A stretch of DNA of 64,000 nt from Sedimentisphaerales bacterium (GTDB taxonomy: Bacteria; Planctomycetota; Phycisphaerae; Sedimentisphaerales; SM23-30), in contig CAXXFK010000028.1 of assembly GCA_963663965.2 (NCBI GenBank), positions 224,001 to 288,000 of the forward strand, written 5' to 3'. A program made the position numbers and the translations under genes. The notes beneath the pieces are model-generated. The model worked only from the letters and a program-made list of their open reading frames with translations, did no database searches and was not told where the DNA came from. Positions 42,490-52,973 of the stretch are shown in pieces (the stretch's first letter is position 1; every line of letters begins with the position of its first letter).

Positions 42490-43755
42490 ATGAAGGACTT
42501 AGATCACAATTTAGAGCAAATTTTAGAACGGGTCACGTTCGATGATTCTCCGGACCAGCAACATCAATACCTGCTCGAACAGAAACTTCTTCTTAATTAC
42601 CCATCGGTTCAGGCCCGGCATCATGCTAAATGGAGACTGATCATGAATAATAAGATAGTAAAATTAGCGACTGCTGCGGTAGTGTTGATCGGTGTATTTG
42701 CCGGTTTCAAAATGTTTAAGGGCACCGGCGGTGTCAGCTGGGCCCAGGTTCGTCAACAGGTAGCGGCCGTCAAGGCGGTTTTGTATCGGGCCACCATAAC
42801 CGGAATGGAACGGGGCCAGCCGTTCGAAGCGCGTCTGGAAGCCATTCAGACCGACGAGTTTGGAACACGTATGGATCTGTACATGGAAGATCAACTGGTC
42901 AACCGGTCATTTTCGCTGGTCCGGGAACAATCTCATATTTCACTGTACCCGGCTCAAAAAAGGTATATCGAAGTTGAGCTGACCGATAAAATTAAACAGC
43001 AGAATGGCGATCCCAAACTTATGGTGGAGGCGTTCTTGAAAGGCAGCTACCGGAAACTGGGCCGTAGTGAGATTGACGGTGTCGCGGTCGAAGGAATTGA
43101 AACACATGATATTTCACCCACGGCAGGATTTCCGGGTGGACCGGAAATTTTAGGGGCAGTGGAAGATGAATTTCCCGGTGAAGTTGTCGGCTGTTTATGG
43201 GTCGATGTCACCACCGGCTGGCCGGTTAAAGTCACACTCGACCTGACCGATCCGAGCGGTCAGGATCGGGCCACGATTGAGATCGGCGCGTTTCAATGGA
43301 ATGCCGTAGTGGATGGCAGCGAGTTTGCATCGGTGATTCCGGATGGATATCAATTGATGTACACATTAAAAGCCGGGCGTCTGGAGAGTGGCGAACAACT
43401 GGCCGAAGGGCTGGCTTATTTCGCTCAACTGACCGGCGGCCGATATCCTGACCAGTTGACAATTGGGGGCATTATTGGAGAAATCGGCAAGATTTACCAG
43501 GAGCGAAAGGGGGATGCCTCGTTCCGCGTCGATGACGGCCAGATTGTCAACCTGAAGTATGGCGCCCAGTACACCGAAAAACTGAAAGCTCAGGGCAAAC
43601 AACCGGTGTATTACGGTCAGACCGTCCAGGCCGGCGACAGCAATAAAGTATTGCTTCGCTGGAAGCTGGATGGCGGCAACTACCGGGTGATCTTCGGTGA
43701 TTTGAGGATCGAAGATATCGATGCCGCTCGTCTTGAAGCGTTGGAAACCCAATAA
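42490..43755 (+). CDS. Putative anti-sigma factor (single TM, LolA-like extracytoplasmic domain)
   Basis: Directly follows the ECF gene; WRLIMNNKIVKLATAAVVLI TM; LGRSEIDG, LWVDVTTGWPV, YRVIFGDL. Confidence 0.75.
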   Translation: MKDLDHNLEQILERVTFDDSPDQQHQYLLEQKLLLNYPSVQARHHAKWRLIMNNKIVKLATAAVVLIGVFAGFKMFKGTGGVSWAQVRQQVAAVKAVLYRATITGMERGQPFEARLEAIQTDEFGTRMDLYMEDQLVNRSFSLVREQSHISLYPAQKRYIEVELTDKIKQQNGDPKLMVEAFLKGSYRKLGRSEIDGVAVEGIETHDISPTAGFPGGPEILGAVEDEFPGEVVGCLWVDVTTGWPVKVTLDLTDPSGQDRATIEIGAFQWNAVVDGSEFASVIPDGYQLMYTLKAGRLESGEQLAEGLAYFAQLTGGRYPDQLTIGGIIGEIGKIYQERKGDASFRVDDGQIVNLKYGAQYTEKLKAQGKQPVYYGQTVQAGDSNKVLLRWKLDGGNYRVIFGDLRIEDIDAARLEALETQ

Positions 43756-43790
43756 TACCTGTATAGAGTTTATCAACTCATGACTGACAG

Positions 43791-43817
43791 GGGCGGTTCT
43801 GCTTGGAGAACCGCCCT
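43791..43817 (+). terminator. Hairpin, probable terminator of sigma/anti-sigma operon
   Basis: GGGCGGTTCT-gcttgg-AGAACCGCCC followed by a T-rich tract. Confidence 0.6.
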
Positions 43818-44168
43818 TGGGTTTATTTAGTCTGAAAACGTAGCTATACCAAATATTTTTTGTTTCGACGAACAAAGACTGGAGGAAGTAACCCTGTCAT
43901 GATTATAAGTTCGCGCAAAAAAGGTATTTATCTCAATTACCCCCCCTTTCCCACTTGTTTTTTTTCTTTGACTCTGCGACAGACAATTTGGTATCATATT
44001 AATATCTTATCAAAAGTTAGGGTGCCTCTAAAAATTGTTTTAGAGTCGCCCGTTATAATTTCCCCTTTTCTTTGGATGAGTAAGAGGATCATTAAATAAA
44101 CGGAAAAAAGCCGCTTCTGAGCAATCCGAAGCATAAGGCCGTAACAAATTGGTTCCAAAGAGGGTATC

Positions 44169-47100
44169 ATGAAAATGTATTTGGAAAGATGTGTCCTGGC
44201 CTGCCTTGTTACACTGCTGATTGCATCAACCAGTTCAGCGATATTACAGGTCGATTCTTTTGATATATCCCGAGATTATCTAACCGAAGGCGTTGCCGGA
44301 ACGATCTGGGATGGGTTTATCGGATTGGATCCCGGCCAGACGGTTACTGAGTTGAACGCATCACAAACGGCAAGTGGTCGATTATATTTGGCTTCGGTGA
44401 GTTCCCGCTGGGAACCGCCCTGGAATCCACTGGGGCCGTTTTTGTATAAAACTGTCGAAGGAGATTTTACTGCGACGATCAGAGTTATCAATACCTCTTC
44501 GTCAACCTGGAACAGCGCCGGACTCATGGCGCGCGCGGCCGCTGATAGCGCCGGCGGCGCCGGTGAAGATTTCGAATCGATGGAATATTTCTCTGCCATT
44601 AACCAGAATATGGCCAGAACCATCGATAATGGCAGTGAAAGAGAATTCGGATTCACCGGATCGCTGTCACCTTATCTGCGCCTGCGCCGGGTCGGCAACG
44701 ATTTTTACCATGAATACAGCACCGATGGGATAACCTGGGCGACAGTCAGCGGTTCACCGATTACCCGGACGGATCTGGATGGCCTGGCCCTGCAGGTGGG
44801 TATTCATCACGCCACCTACAGCAGCAATCCGGGTTATTGTCAGTTTGATGATTTTTCGCTTGAGATGACTGGCGATGTTTATGAAGCGCAACTGATCGCG
44901 CCGATTGATGGCGCCGAAGGGATTGCCTCGGATGTTATGTTAGAGTGGATTCCCGGCGTGTCGGTTTCGGCCACCGGCGGACACGATCTTTACCTGGGAC
45001 AGGATTTTTCAGCGGTTGAATCGGCATCGAGAACCAGTCATCCCGATGTGACTTATATCAATCTGGATAGTAATAGTTATCATCTGAGCGGGCTTATCCC
45101 GGGAACGACATACTATTGGCGGATCGATGAAGTGAATGGGCCGGATAGCTGGAAAGGAACGGTCTGGAGTTTCACTGTCCAGGGAACCTGCGCTACGGTT
45201 CCCGTTCCCGCCGATGGCGCAACCGATATTGATATGATGACACCGCTGGGCTGGAAAATCGGGCTGGAAGCCGACCGGCATGATCTGTTTTTCGCCGACA
45301 GTTATGAAGCCGTTGCCAATGCCAGGCGGTATCCGGGCGATTTAGACTCTGACGGAAGGGTAGATGGGATCGATCTGACTGGAATGATGATCCAGTGGCT
45401 CGGCGGCGTTTGTAACGGACCGGGTTGTGGCAATATCCATCTGGATACTCAAGTCAACCTGCTGGATTATTCTGTGCTGGCCGGAAACTGGCAGATGGCC
45501 TCCAGTCCGGTATATCGCGGCAGTCAATTTGCTTTGGCTAATACCTACGCACCCGGTTTATTGAATCCGGCAACGACGTATTACTGGCGGGTGGATGAAT
45601 ATGACTACGACGGACTGGGACTCAGTCCGGGTAAGATCTGGAGCTTTAAAACGGCCACCGGTGGTCCACTGGAATTTGGCAGTGATCAATTTGATCTGAC
45701 GTTTGATTTGTCAAAGGGTGGTTTCACCCGCGTGCAACGGTCCGGTGACAGTTTCGCGACCAATTTTGTCAGCGAGCCAGGATGGCTGCTGGGTGATATC
45801 GAAATGACATACCGGCTGGATTCCGGCGCCTGGCGGAATGCGGCTACCGCGACTTCAGAGGATAACCGGTCAATCTCCGTCAGCCGGGAAGACGAAGTTA
45901 CCATAATTGATATGGCTTATCCCACGCCCTCGGTTCAGACTGGCGGTATCAAAGATTTTGCTGTGAACCAGCAGTGGCGATTGAATGGCGACCATTTGCG
46001 ATTGGATGTAACGATAACCAATACTACCGACAGCCGGCTTGAACTGGGCGATCTGGCCTTTATGCTGCCGTTTAACACCAATTATAGCGGGCTGGACACC
46101 GATACCATCCAGACCAAACGGGTGATCCGTCATGGTTATTTTTCCGGGCATGGTTCCCATTGCTACTGGACCCGGGTGAACGGTCAGCCGGACTACCTGG
46201 TGATGACCACGCCGGGCGGCGATACCCGCTTTGAATACTGGGATAATATTGCGGACAGTGACGCAAATTTCAGAGCATATGTCTATTCCGGCGTCGCCGG
46301 ACCGGCGACACCGGGCAACTGGCGTCAGGACCACACGACCAGAATTCTGGCCCCGGATGAGTCGATTAAACTCAGTTTGAATTTTTCCTGGGCCGATACG
46401 CTGCCCGGGGTCAGGGATCGTCTCTATGAAGATGGCGATATCGATATCGAGTGTGTGCCCGGTATGACCATCCCACAGGATCTTCATGCCGTGGTCAAGT
46501 TGCGTACGAAACAAACCATTGATTCACTTTCGGCGGAGTATCCATCGGAGACGACCATCGAATACCTTGGCGAAACGGCTTCGGACACGCATCTCTATCA
46601 GATTGGTTTTGACCATCTGGGTGAAAATATCATTACCGTCAGACACAACGGCACGGAACAGACCATTCTGGAATTTTTCTGTACCGAACCGCTGGAAACC
46701 CTGTACAAGAAACGCGCCTCGCATATGACGACCTTTGAACAGGTTGTCAATACGGCGGTATGGTATGACGGTCTGTTTGGCGAATGGGACTTGCGAAACG
46801 GTGTCTTGCGTACCCCGGATAATACCGATGGCATGGATCTGCCCTGGTGGATGTATGTGATCTGCTGCGATGATCCGGGCAACGCCCATGCCCCGTTCCT
46901 GGCCGGTAAGAACGTCAGGTTCCCGGTCCAGGCGGAAATTGACGCGTTGGAATATCACATTGAACATTATATCTGGGGCGGCCTGCAATATACCGATACT
47001 GAGCTTTCTCCCTATGGCATTCTGGGTGTGCCCAACTGGCAATACAACCGTGAGAACGACCCGGCCCATTACTGGCGCGTGTTCGATTATCCGCATATTG

Positions 47101-48344
47101 CCATGCTGTACTATCACATGTATGAGATCGCGAAATATTACCCGGATATGGTGCATTATCTGGATAAAGAGGGCTATCTGGACCGGGCATACCGGACGGC
47201 GTTGAAATATTTTCAGGTCGCCGACGGCTGGGGCTATATCGTGGGTACCTATAATGAAGTGACCTATGTCAACCTGATCGAATCGTTGCGCCAGGAAGGC
47301 CGGTATGCCCAGGCCGACTCCCTTGAAAAAGAATGGGATGCCAAGGTTAAATATTTCATTTTTGACAAGGACTATCCCTACGGTTCCGAATTCGCGATGG
47401 ATTCGACCGCGTTTGAAAGCACCCATGCCCTGGCGAAATGGGCCCTCGAAAACGAACTGCAGCCGGACACGGAACACCCGGTGATCGACCCGGCCAGGAT
47501 CGAGGAATTCATGCATAACCAGTTGAAAGCGAACCTGGCGGTGCGGGGTTGCATCGAACCGGCATACTATACTTATGGCAGCGATTACCGCATCTGGGGC
47601 CAGACCCGTTACACCCTGAGTTATATGTCGCAGATGGGCGGCTGGGCCGTGCTGGATTACGCGCTGAACCAGACCGATTCACCCTTCGATTATATCCGGC
47701 TGGGTTACGGTTCTTATCTGAGTTCATGGGCGCTGATGAATACGGCTCCGGCGGGCGATAACCCATACTGGTATCCATCGTCGTCCAATGACGGTGCGAT
47801 TGGCTGGGCCTTCAAGCCGGAAAAGAACGGCCCGATCTGGTTGCAGGGACGCAATCTCGATCGCGGGATCTGGTACTATAATGGCGAGATCGACCTGGGC
47901 TTGTGCGGCGCGTTACGGATGGCAAAATCGATTGTGGCCCAGGATCCGGTTTTCGGACTGGTTGGCTTTGGCTGTGATGTTCAGCATAATGGCACAAGCT
48001 ATGAAGTTGTCCTGAAAGATGGCTTGCGCGAATGGCTGGTCATGCATAATCTGGGTTTGGAACTGCGATTGAACCGCGATTCGTTTGCCGCCGGCCGGCC
48101 CGTGCAAATCGATCAAAGTCAAGGCGCTATCGGCTTCACTCTCGAAAACGAATGGCCCGATTCGCATACGACCCTATTCAATATCCGCGGACTGTCAGCC
48201 GGGACTTATCGCATTAAAGTGAACAATACTGAACAATCTACCCTGATAGTGGCCAATCCTGATGATACTATTGCCATTAACCTCGATATCGGTACTGACG
48301 CGACTTATGATGTATGGGTATCGAAAACTGAAGGTGAATATTGA
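44169..48344 (+). CDS. Large secreted modular protein: ConA-like domain, FN3-like repeats, internal dockerin-like module, DUF5695-like catalytic region
   Basis: GDFTA..WNSAGLMAR; two TYYWRVDE repeats; GDLDSDGRVDGIDL; YWRVFDYPH, PYGSEFAMDSTAFE, LSYMSQMGGW. Confidence 0.8.
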   Translation: MKMYLERCVLACLVTLLIASTSSAILQVDSFDISRDYLTEGVAGTIWDGFIGLDPGQTVTELNASQTASGRLYLASVSSRWEPPWNPLGPFLYKTVEGDFTATIRVINTSSSTWNSAGLMARAAADSAGGAGEDFESMEYFSAINQNMARTIDNGSEREFGFTGSLSPYLRLRRVGNDFYHEYSTDGITWATVSGSPITRTDLDGLALQVGIHHATYSSNPGYCQFDDFSLEMTGDVYEAQLIAPIDGAEGIASDVMLEWIPGVSVSATGGHDLYLGQDFSAVESASRTSHPDVTYINLDSNSYHLSGLIPGTTYYWRIDEVNGPDSWKGTVWSFTVQGTCATVPVPADGATDIDMMTPLGWKIGLEADRHDLFFADSYEAVANARRYPGDLDSDGRVDGIDLTGMMIQWLGGVCNGPGCGNIHLDTQVNLLDYSVLAGNWQMASSPVYRGSQFALANTYAPGLLNPATTYYWRVDEYDYDGLGLSPGKIWSFKTATGGPLEFGSDQFDLTFDLSKGGFTRVQRSGDSFATNFVSEPGWLLGDIEMTYRLDSGAWRNAATATSEDNRSISVSREDEVTIIDMAYPTPSVQTGGIKDFAVNQQWRLNGDHLRLDVTITNTTDSRLELGDLAFMLPFNTNYSGLDTDTIQTKRVIRHGYFSGHGSHCYWTRVNGQPDYLVMTTPGGDTRFEYWDNIADSDANFRAYVYSGVAGPATPGNWRQDHTTRILAPDESIKLSLNFSWADTLPGVRDRLYEDGDIDIECVPGMTIPQDLHAVVKLRTKQTIDSLSAEYPSETTIEYLGETASDTHLYQIGFDHLGENIITVRHNGTEQTILEFFCTEPLETLYKKRASHMTTFEQVVNTAVWYDGLFGEWDLRNGVLRTPDNTDGMDLPWWMYVICCDDPGNAHAPFLAGKNVRFPVQAEIDALEYHIEHYIWGGLQYTDTELSPYGILGVPNWQYNRENDPAHYWRVFDYPHIAMLYYHMYEIAKYYPDMVHYLDKEGYLDRAYRTALKYFQVADGWGYIVGTYNEVTYVNLIESLRQEGRYAQADSLEKEWDAKVKYFIFDKDYPYGSEFAMDSTAFESTHALAKWALENELQPDTEHPVIDPARIEEFMHNQLKANLAVRGCIEPAYYTYGSDYRIWGQTRYTLSYMSQMGGWAVLDYALNQTDSPFDYIRLGYGSYLSSWALMNTAPAGDNPYWYPSSSNDGAIGWAFKPEKNGPIWLQGRNLDRGIWYYNGEIDLGLCGALRMAKSIVAQDPVFGLVGFGCDVQHNGTSYEVVLKDGLREWLVMHNLGLELRLNRDSFAAGRPVQIDQSQGAIGFTLENEWPDSHTTLFNIRGLSAGTYRIKVNNTEQSTLIVANPDDTIAINLDIGTDATYDVWVSKTEGEY

Positions 48345-48353
48345 AATAAAGTA

Positions 48354-49496
48354 TTATTGATTTTGTTCTTGCGGTAAGTGAGCGATGAGCGATTGACAGA
48401 AAGCAACATATTGCGAGTATAAGTTGTGTTGATCCGTGGGTAGATAGTGATTGAAAATCAGCTTGCCAACCCTTGCGTTCCAGTCGCGCGTTGGTGCGGG
48501 GCCTAATTGTCTTGCCTGTTCACGATCGGATTCACTCAAAGGCCAGTCACCATTGTGGGCGTCATAAATTATGCGGCGCAGGTTTTGATAATACTGAAAA
48601 TAATTATATTCACGCAGGAACCGGATCAATGCGTAGACCTGGGCATAATAAGTGTCAACCTGATTGCCGTTCGTTGTGTCATGACCGGAATCGCTCAAAA
48701 CACGCCCGGCGTCGAGCGCCAATAGTTGGTCAATACTAAAGAGCTGGTTCGTATTGACCGCATCACGCAGGGCATACAACCGCCCGGCGTTGGCGGCCGG
48801 TACAAATCGTACACCGCCGTTTTGCCATTGAAAAGCCTCGAATGAGGTGGCCAGTCCTTCATCCAGCCAGGCGGGCAGTCGATAAGTTAGATACCGGTCA
48901 CTGAACTGATGCCAGCCTTCATGCGCGAGAATAGAAAAACTGCTCTGGCGTGACAATTGCCAGGCGACGCAGGCGCCCTTGGTATAATAGGCCCCGGCCC
49001 GTATTTTTAAATAAGTATCCGCGTAAGGGCTCGTATGCTGCCGGGTAAAGGTCTCCCATTCTTCCCGGGTATTAAATAGATAAACCGTCAGGTGGCCGGC
49101 TGGTGCGAGTCTGGCCGGTTCTGTCAACTCGGTATAGGCACGCCAGCAAGACTCCAGAAAAACGGGGACCCGTTTGAGAATGAGCGGATCAGTCAGGGTA
49201 GTGTGAATCCGATAATGGCTGGTGATAATTGTCAGGCCGTCCGGAAAATCTTCCGGACAATTTTCCGGCCCATTCCAGTTGCTGATATTTTTTACCACGG
49301 GTTGTTTTTGCAACAGAGAAATACGCCGGTCTGAAGGTTGTACGGTTGGTTGTGAGGCGCCTTGATGGATACACCCCATCATTCCCGATACCAGTAAAAT
49401 AAAGACTATGACAGCCGCCCATTTCATGCTTATACAGGGTGTATTAAAACCGATTTGCTTACGGCATGGGCGGTATAATGTTTGCCGGGTCATCAC
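48354..49496 (-). CDS. DUF1570-like zinc-peptidase-like lipoprotein
   Basis: LAHEGWHQF, PAWLDEGLA, YYAQVYAL; lipobox-like MMGC. Confidence 0.8.
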   Translation of the reverse strand: MMTRQTLYRPCRKQIGFNTPCISMKWAAVIVFILLVSGMMGCIHQGASQPTVQPSDRRISLLQKQPVVKNISNWNGPENCPEDFPDGLTIITSHYRIHTTLTDPLILKRVPVFLESCWRAYTELTEPARLAPAGHLTVYLFNTREEWETFTRQHTSPYADTYLKIRAGAYYTKGACVAWQLSRQSSFSILAHEGWHQFSDRYLTYRLPAWLDEGLATSFEAFQWQNGGVRFVPAANAGRLYALRDAVNTNQLFSIDQLLALDAGRVLSDSGHDTTNGNQVDTYYAQVYALIRFLREYNYFQYYQNLRRIIYDAHNGDWPLSESDREQARQLGPAPTRDWNARVGKLIFNHYLPTDQHNLYSQYVAFCQSLIAHLPQEQNQ

Positions 49497-50624
49497 TCAG
49501 GCCGTTACCGCCAGCATACGCGCCAGTGCCGTAAGAGCGTCCACTTTATCCGTATCCGGAACAATAATCTGATTGACCAGAACTGATTCATCCCCACTCT
49601 TTTCAAATTCCAATATACAATCCAGAATCCGTGCCAGATGTGGCAGGCCGATCCGCGCCATCGAAAAACACATGCTGTTATCCGGGCTGATCGATCGGAC
49701 CCTGACCCCTTTGGGCGCCATACGCTCGGCCAGCCGGTTAACCAGTTTGATCTCGGTCCCCACGCACCAGGAACTGCCCGGATCGGCCGCTTCAATCGTT
49801 CGGATAATCTGGTCGGTGCTGCCCAACTGGTCGGCCAGATTGCAGACCTCAAATTGACTTTCCGGATGAACGATCACTTTGACATCCGGATCATCCCGGC
49901 GGGCCTGCTCGATCTGTTCCACGGTGAATTTCATGTGAACATGGCAGTGCCCCTTCCAGAGAATCATCCGGCAGGTATCCAGCGCTTCAGTTGGCAGTCC
50001 GCCGCCGGGCGCTTGAGGATCCCAAACCGGCATCTGTTCGAGGCCGACTCCCATGCGACAGGCCGTATTGCGAGCCAGGTGCTGATCGGGCAGGAACAGA
50101 ATAATGGCATCCGGATTTTCAGCCCAGATAGATTCAAAAACCTTACGGCAGTTGCTGGAAGTACAGCACATACCACCATGGCGACCGCAGAACGCCTTGA
50201 TCGCGGCAGTGCTATTAACATAGCATACCGGCACTATCTGTTCGAATCGCGCCATATGATGTTTTAGCCAGGCATGACAGCGTTCAACCTGCAGGATATC
50301 GGCCATATCGGCCATCGGGCAGCCGGCCTGCATTTCGGGCAGATAGACCCGCTGGCGATTATCCGAAAGGATATCCGCCGATTCCGCCATGAAATGAACA
50401 CCGCAGAATACAATATGATTGGCCTGTTTCTGCTGGGCGGCCAGCTGGCTCAAGCGCAGGCTGTCACCGGTAAAATCGACCTGTTCGATGATTTCATCGG
50501 ATTGATAATGATGGCCGAGTATGCACAACTTGTTACCAAGCACCTGCCGGGCTTGTTCGATTTTTTGGGAGAGAGTATCCGAGGTTAAGGATAGATATGA
50601 TTCAAGTGAAAACGGTTGGGTCAT
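49497..50624 (-). CDS. nadA: Quinolinate synthase A
   Basis: ILGHHYQ, GDSL, FCGVHFMAE, AGCPMAD, YVNS, CTSSN, PDQHL, CHVH, HPE, GTE. Confidence 0.97.
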   Translation of the reverse strand: MTQPFSLESYLSLTSDTLSQKIEQARQVLGNKLCILGHHYQSDEIIEQVDFTGDSLRLSQLAAQQKQANHIVFCGVHFMAESADILSDNRQRVYLPEMQAGCPMADMADILQVERCHAWLKHHMARFEQIVPVCYVNSTAAIKAFCGRHGGMCCTSSNCRKVFESIWAENPDAIILFLPDQHLARNTACRMGVGLEQMPVWDPQAPGGGLPTEALDTCRMILWKGHCHVHMKFTVEQIEQARRDDPDVKVIVHPESQFEVCNLADQLGSTDQIIRTIEAADPGSSWCVGTEIKLVNRLAERMAPKGVRVRSISPDNSMCFSMARIGLPHLARILDCILEFEKSGDESVLVNQIIVPDTDKVDALTALARMLAVTA

Positions 50625-50638
50625 CCCGTTGGTCCCTG

Positions 50639-51188
50639 TTAAGATATATCCGAAATGGAATTTTGATTATAAAATTGTTGTCTTTTTTCCAGCATCACCT
50701 GAAGTTCGTCGGCCGTGACCCAGATCAGGGTAAAATCCAGTTTGATAACGGCATGGCGTTCCGGCAGGATCCATTGACGGCACAACGGTGTGAATGCCAG
50801 AATAGTATCGCCGGGGGAGTCGTCAAGGACCATGGTCGGATCATAATCGATAAGCTGGTCCGGCAGGTTACGGGAACCGGCGACCAGTTCGAGAAACTCA
50901 TTCAAGTTGGGCAGACGTCTATTATCCTGATGAAATTCCTGAAGTTGTTTGCCAATCTCAGTCATTTTATTTTCAAACTGCTGATGAACCATGGAGTCAT
51001 GCAGGAAAAAGACCAGGACAATAAATAATACAAAAAAAACCACCCAGGCGAATAAGCCGCATGACCAGTGATTTTCGATACCGGGTATGGCGAGTCCGTT
51101 CAATATTATCCGCTACCTGATGCAGACGTTCCTTCTGCTGTAGTTTTTCCTGCTCTTCTCTGAAAATTGTACTATCGCTGGAATCCAT
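50639..51188 (-). pseudogene. Single-TM hypothetical protein split by a +1 frameshift at a T8 run
   Basis: GAGG SD and ATG 51188 (MDSSDS...RLIRLG); removing one base of the A8 at 51032-51039 gives ...GGFFVLFIVLVFF and joins ORF 50639..51103. Confidence 0.65.
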
Positions 51189-51244
51189 AATTACTACCTC
51201 ATAACGCAATTACCGGACTGATATTACATCAATATTACACTTAA

Positions 51245-51273
51245 ATTATAGCAGATGTGCAAAGCGGATTCAA
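51245..51273 (-). promoter_or_regulatory. Sigma70 promoter for the hypothetical-nadA-DUF1570 unit
   Basis: TTGAAT-17 nt-TATAAT with TGn extension. Confidence 0.65.
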
Positions 51274-51286
51274 ACTAAAAAATAGT

Positions 51287-51999
51287 TTATAATATATCGC
51301 CCCATGCGACATTGTGCAGGCTTGTGTAAAATTGTTTGATTTTTATTTTTTTGTTTTCAGATAGGCGTGAATCAATCTGTACCCGGCCATCCTTGACGAA
51401 CAGAGATCTGTTGGCATATAGCCGGATAGCCTCGGGATAGGCGATGCATTCCTGCTCGAAAACTCGTGCGGCCAGACTGTCAGGCGTATCATCCGGCAGC
51501 ACCGGGCATTTCCGTTGCAGAATAATCGGGCCGGAATCGTACTCGTTATTGACAAAATGGACCGTACAGCCGCTTTCAGGGCGGCCCGCGGCGACTACCG
51601 CCTCATGCACATGATGGCCCCACATGCCCTGTCCGCCAAAGTCCGGCAGCAGCGCGGGGTGGATATTCATGACCTTGCCTTCCAGTTTCAACGGGGATCT
51701 GCCAGAGACACAACCAGCCGCATTGCACCACCAGATCCACCCGGTCGGCTAGCAGCGCCTTACTAATAGCGGCGCTGAACGCTTCCAGGGTATTGAAATC
51801 TTTTTTGCGGATGATGTGCGGCTCCAACCCCAGTTCCCGGGCCCGGTCATTGCCGGCAATCTCCCGGCGGCTGCTGATCACGCTGACGATCCGGGCGTTC
51901 AAGCGACCGGCGTCAATCTCTTGCTGGATGTTGACCATGGTGCGGCCGCCACCGGAAAGTAAAACGCCTAAACGCAGGGGAGGGGCGGGTTTCTGTCAT
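51287..51999 (-). pseudogene. purN: Phosphoribosylglycinamide formyltransferase with two apparent +1 frameshifts
   Basis: LRLGVLLSGGGRTM, NIHPALLPDFGG.GMWG, SGCTVHFV..EYDSGPII; shifts near 51985-51992 and near 51687. Confidence 0.9.
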
Positions 52000-52466
52000 G
52001 GCGTGGCTCCCTGACCAATCAATGCGACGATCTTTTCCAGTTCGGTCGCGTCGGTCTGGTCAAAATGGTTCAGTTCAGTACTGTCGATATCCAAAACGGC
52101 CCAGACCTCGCCGGTGGGGTTCTTGCAGGGCACAACAATTTCGGAATTGGACCGGCTGTCACAGGCGATATGCCCCGGAAACTCATGGACATTGGGCACA
52201 ACCATCGTCTGACGCTGATTCACCCCGGCCCAGCAGACGCCGGTATCTTTTTTTAGGCTCTGACAGGCCAGCGGCCCTTGATAGGGCCCGACCAGCAGCT
52301 GGCCGTCGATGTGCCGGTAAAACCCCGTCCAGAAAAACCCCGGCATTTTATGATGCAGCAAAGCGGCAATCGTCGCCATATGCGAAATCGGATCGCTTAC
52401 TTTCGCGAGCAGTTCCTGTAACTGGGCATAAATTCGCTCGTAACGCTGGGCTTTTTTGTCAGTCAT
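51996..52466 (-). CDS. msrC: GAF domain protein, free methionine-R-sulfoxide reductase-like
   Basis: WTGFY, GPYQGPLAC, GVCW, VHEFPGHIACD..SNSEIVVP, VLDIDS. Confidence 0.88.
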   Translation of the reverse strand: MTDKKAQRYERIYAQLQELLAKVSDPISHMATIAALLHHKMPGFFWTGFYRHIDGQLLVGPYQGPLACQSLKKDTGVCWAGVNQRQTMVVPNVHEFPGHIACDSRSNSEIVVPCKNPTGEVWAVLDIDSTELNHFDQTDATELEKIVALIGQGATP

Positions 52467-52761
52467 ATTGTCGGAATCTTTTTGTATAACTTTCTGGGGA
52501 ACGATGAGTATGCGAAATGGCTAAGATGATTATAGTATCCTGTTCTGTGGTGTAGAGAATAGCATGAGGAAATCCTTTAATCAAACATCTACGGGTATTT
52601 TTACCAAGCAAGATATAACCACGTGGGAAGATTTTGATTCTCCTGATAGCGCTGTCTACCTCATCAAGGAACCGATCACCTAGACCGGTAAGCTCTTCTT
52701 CGTAATACTGGTAGGCTTCTTCAAGTTCCTGTATTGCAGGAGCCAGATATCTGACATTCAT
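52459..52761 (-). CDS. Type II toxin, RelE/ParE family
   Basis: ELEEAYQYYE...LGDRFL, RRCLIKGFPHAILY, ILAISHTHR.P. Confidence 0.9.
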   Translation of the reverse strand: MNVRYLAPAIQELEEAYQYYEEELTGLGDRFLDEVDSAIRRIKIFPRGYILLGKNTRRCLIKGFPHAILYTTEQDTIIILAISHTHRSPESYTKRFRQYD

Positions 52762-52973
52762 TTTCTAAGCCTTTTCATGACTTCATCATGGTCTGTTGCT
52801 TGTAATTCGCCATTTAAATAGGCGGAATATCTGGCTTCAGATTCATTAATCCATTCAGTTTCAATTTGCGGATCGATGGCATCTAATGTCGACAATATAG
52901 CCTCAATCAGTATAAGTTTTTCTGCCGGCTTAAGCGCTGCGGCTTTCTCGGTTAGTTGTTCTAATGTTTCCAT
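52758..52973 (-). CDS. Addiction module antitoxin (TIGR02574-like)
   Basis: LKPAEKLILIEAILSTLD...EWINESEARY..Y..G; ATGA overlap with the toxin. Confidence 0.88.
   Translation of the reverse strand: METLEQLTEKAAALKPAEKLILIEAILSTLDAIDPQIETEWINESEARYSAYLNGELQATDHDEVMKRLRK

Noticed and set aside
51936..52000. GAF-PurN fusion by TGA read-through or selenocysteine (the frames are in phase)
   Set aside because: An ATGA overlap plus one extra homopolymer base explains it more simply; no SECIS-like hairpin recognised; other +1 errors occur nearby
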